This document shows positions 4,697-4,709 of a DNA stretch of 4,709 nt, one piece after another. The notes beneath the pieces are model-generated. The model worked only from the letters and a program-made list of their open reading frames with translations, did no database searches and was not told the origin of the DNA. Every line of letters starts with the position of its first letter. Positions within the stretch are counted from its first letter, which is position 1. The position numbers and the translations under genes were made by a program. The stretch lies in the IMG/VR virus record IMGVR_UViG_2690316142_000012, positions 1 to 4,709 of that record, one strand, 5' to 3'. This stretch comes from a virus (taxonomy: Duplodnaviria; Heunggongvirae; Uroviricota; Caudoviricetes).

Positions 4697-4709
4697 ATCA
4701 CTCTCCTTT
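4555..4709. repeat. 155-bp exact direct repeat, copy 2 (identical to 3242..3396); continues to the window edge
   Basis: Offset of exactly 1313 bp from copy 1; true extent unknown because the window ends. Confidence 0.95.

Noticed and set aside
1-4709. Insertion sequence, transposon, tRNA or rRNA
   Set aside because: No transposase-like ORF, terminal inverted repeats with target duplications, or tRNA- or rRNA-like sequence is apparent; the direct repeats found are better explained by gene duplication or modular recombination.

Overview
This 4.7 kb window reads like an enterobacterial prophage accessory (moron) region next to an early-gene operon; nothing here was searched against a database, so all family calls come from motifs read by eye. 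The left ~2.1 kb is visibly AT-rich and carries a small plus-strand operon (a 97-aa protein plus two possible micro-ORFs, then an intrinsic terminator), a minus-strand gene for a two-helix membrane protein, and a hicA-hicB toxin-antitoxin pair with its own promoter and a strong terminator. A ~38-bp bipartite palindromic element (CTTTAC-N3-GTAAAG, then CTTTAC 16 bp later) occurs three times around the membrane-protein gene and upstream of hicA. The right ~2.5 kb is one tightly packed minus-strand operon of five genes (203, 136, 87, 171 and 106 aa) with stop/start junctions of the form TGA-n-ATG or ATGA; the 171-aa product has a PD-(D/E)xK nuclease-like motif. An exact 155-bp direct repeat (3242..3396 and 4555..4709) runs to the window edge and creates a truncated chimeric copy of the 87-aa gene. 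A ~60-nt stretch downstream of the hicB terminator resembles a ColE1/pMB1 plasmid backbone segment as I recall it. The best candidates for an undescribed system are the repeat-flanked membrane-protein cassette with the neighbouring small-protein operon, and the nuclease-like gene in the early operon. No rRNA, tRNA, CRISPR array, transposase or integrase is visible.
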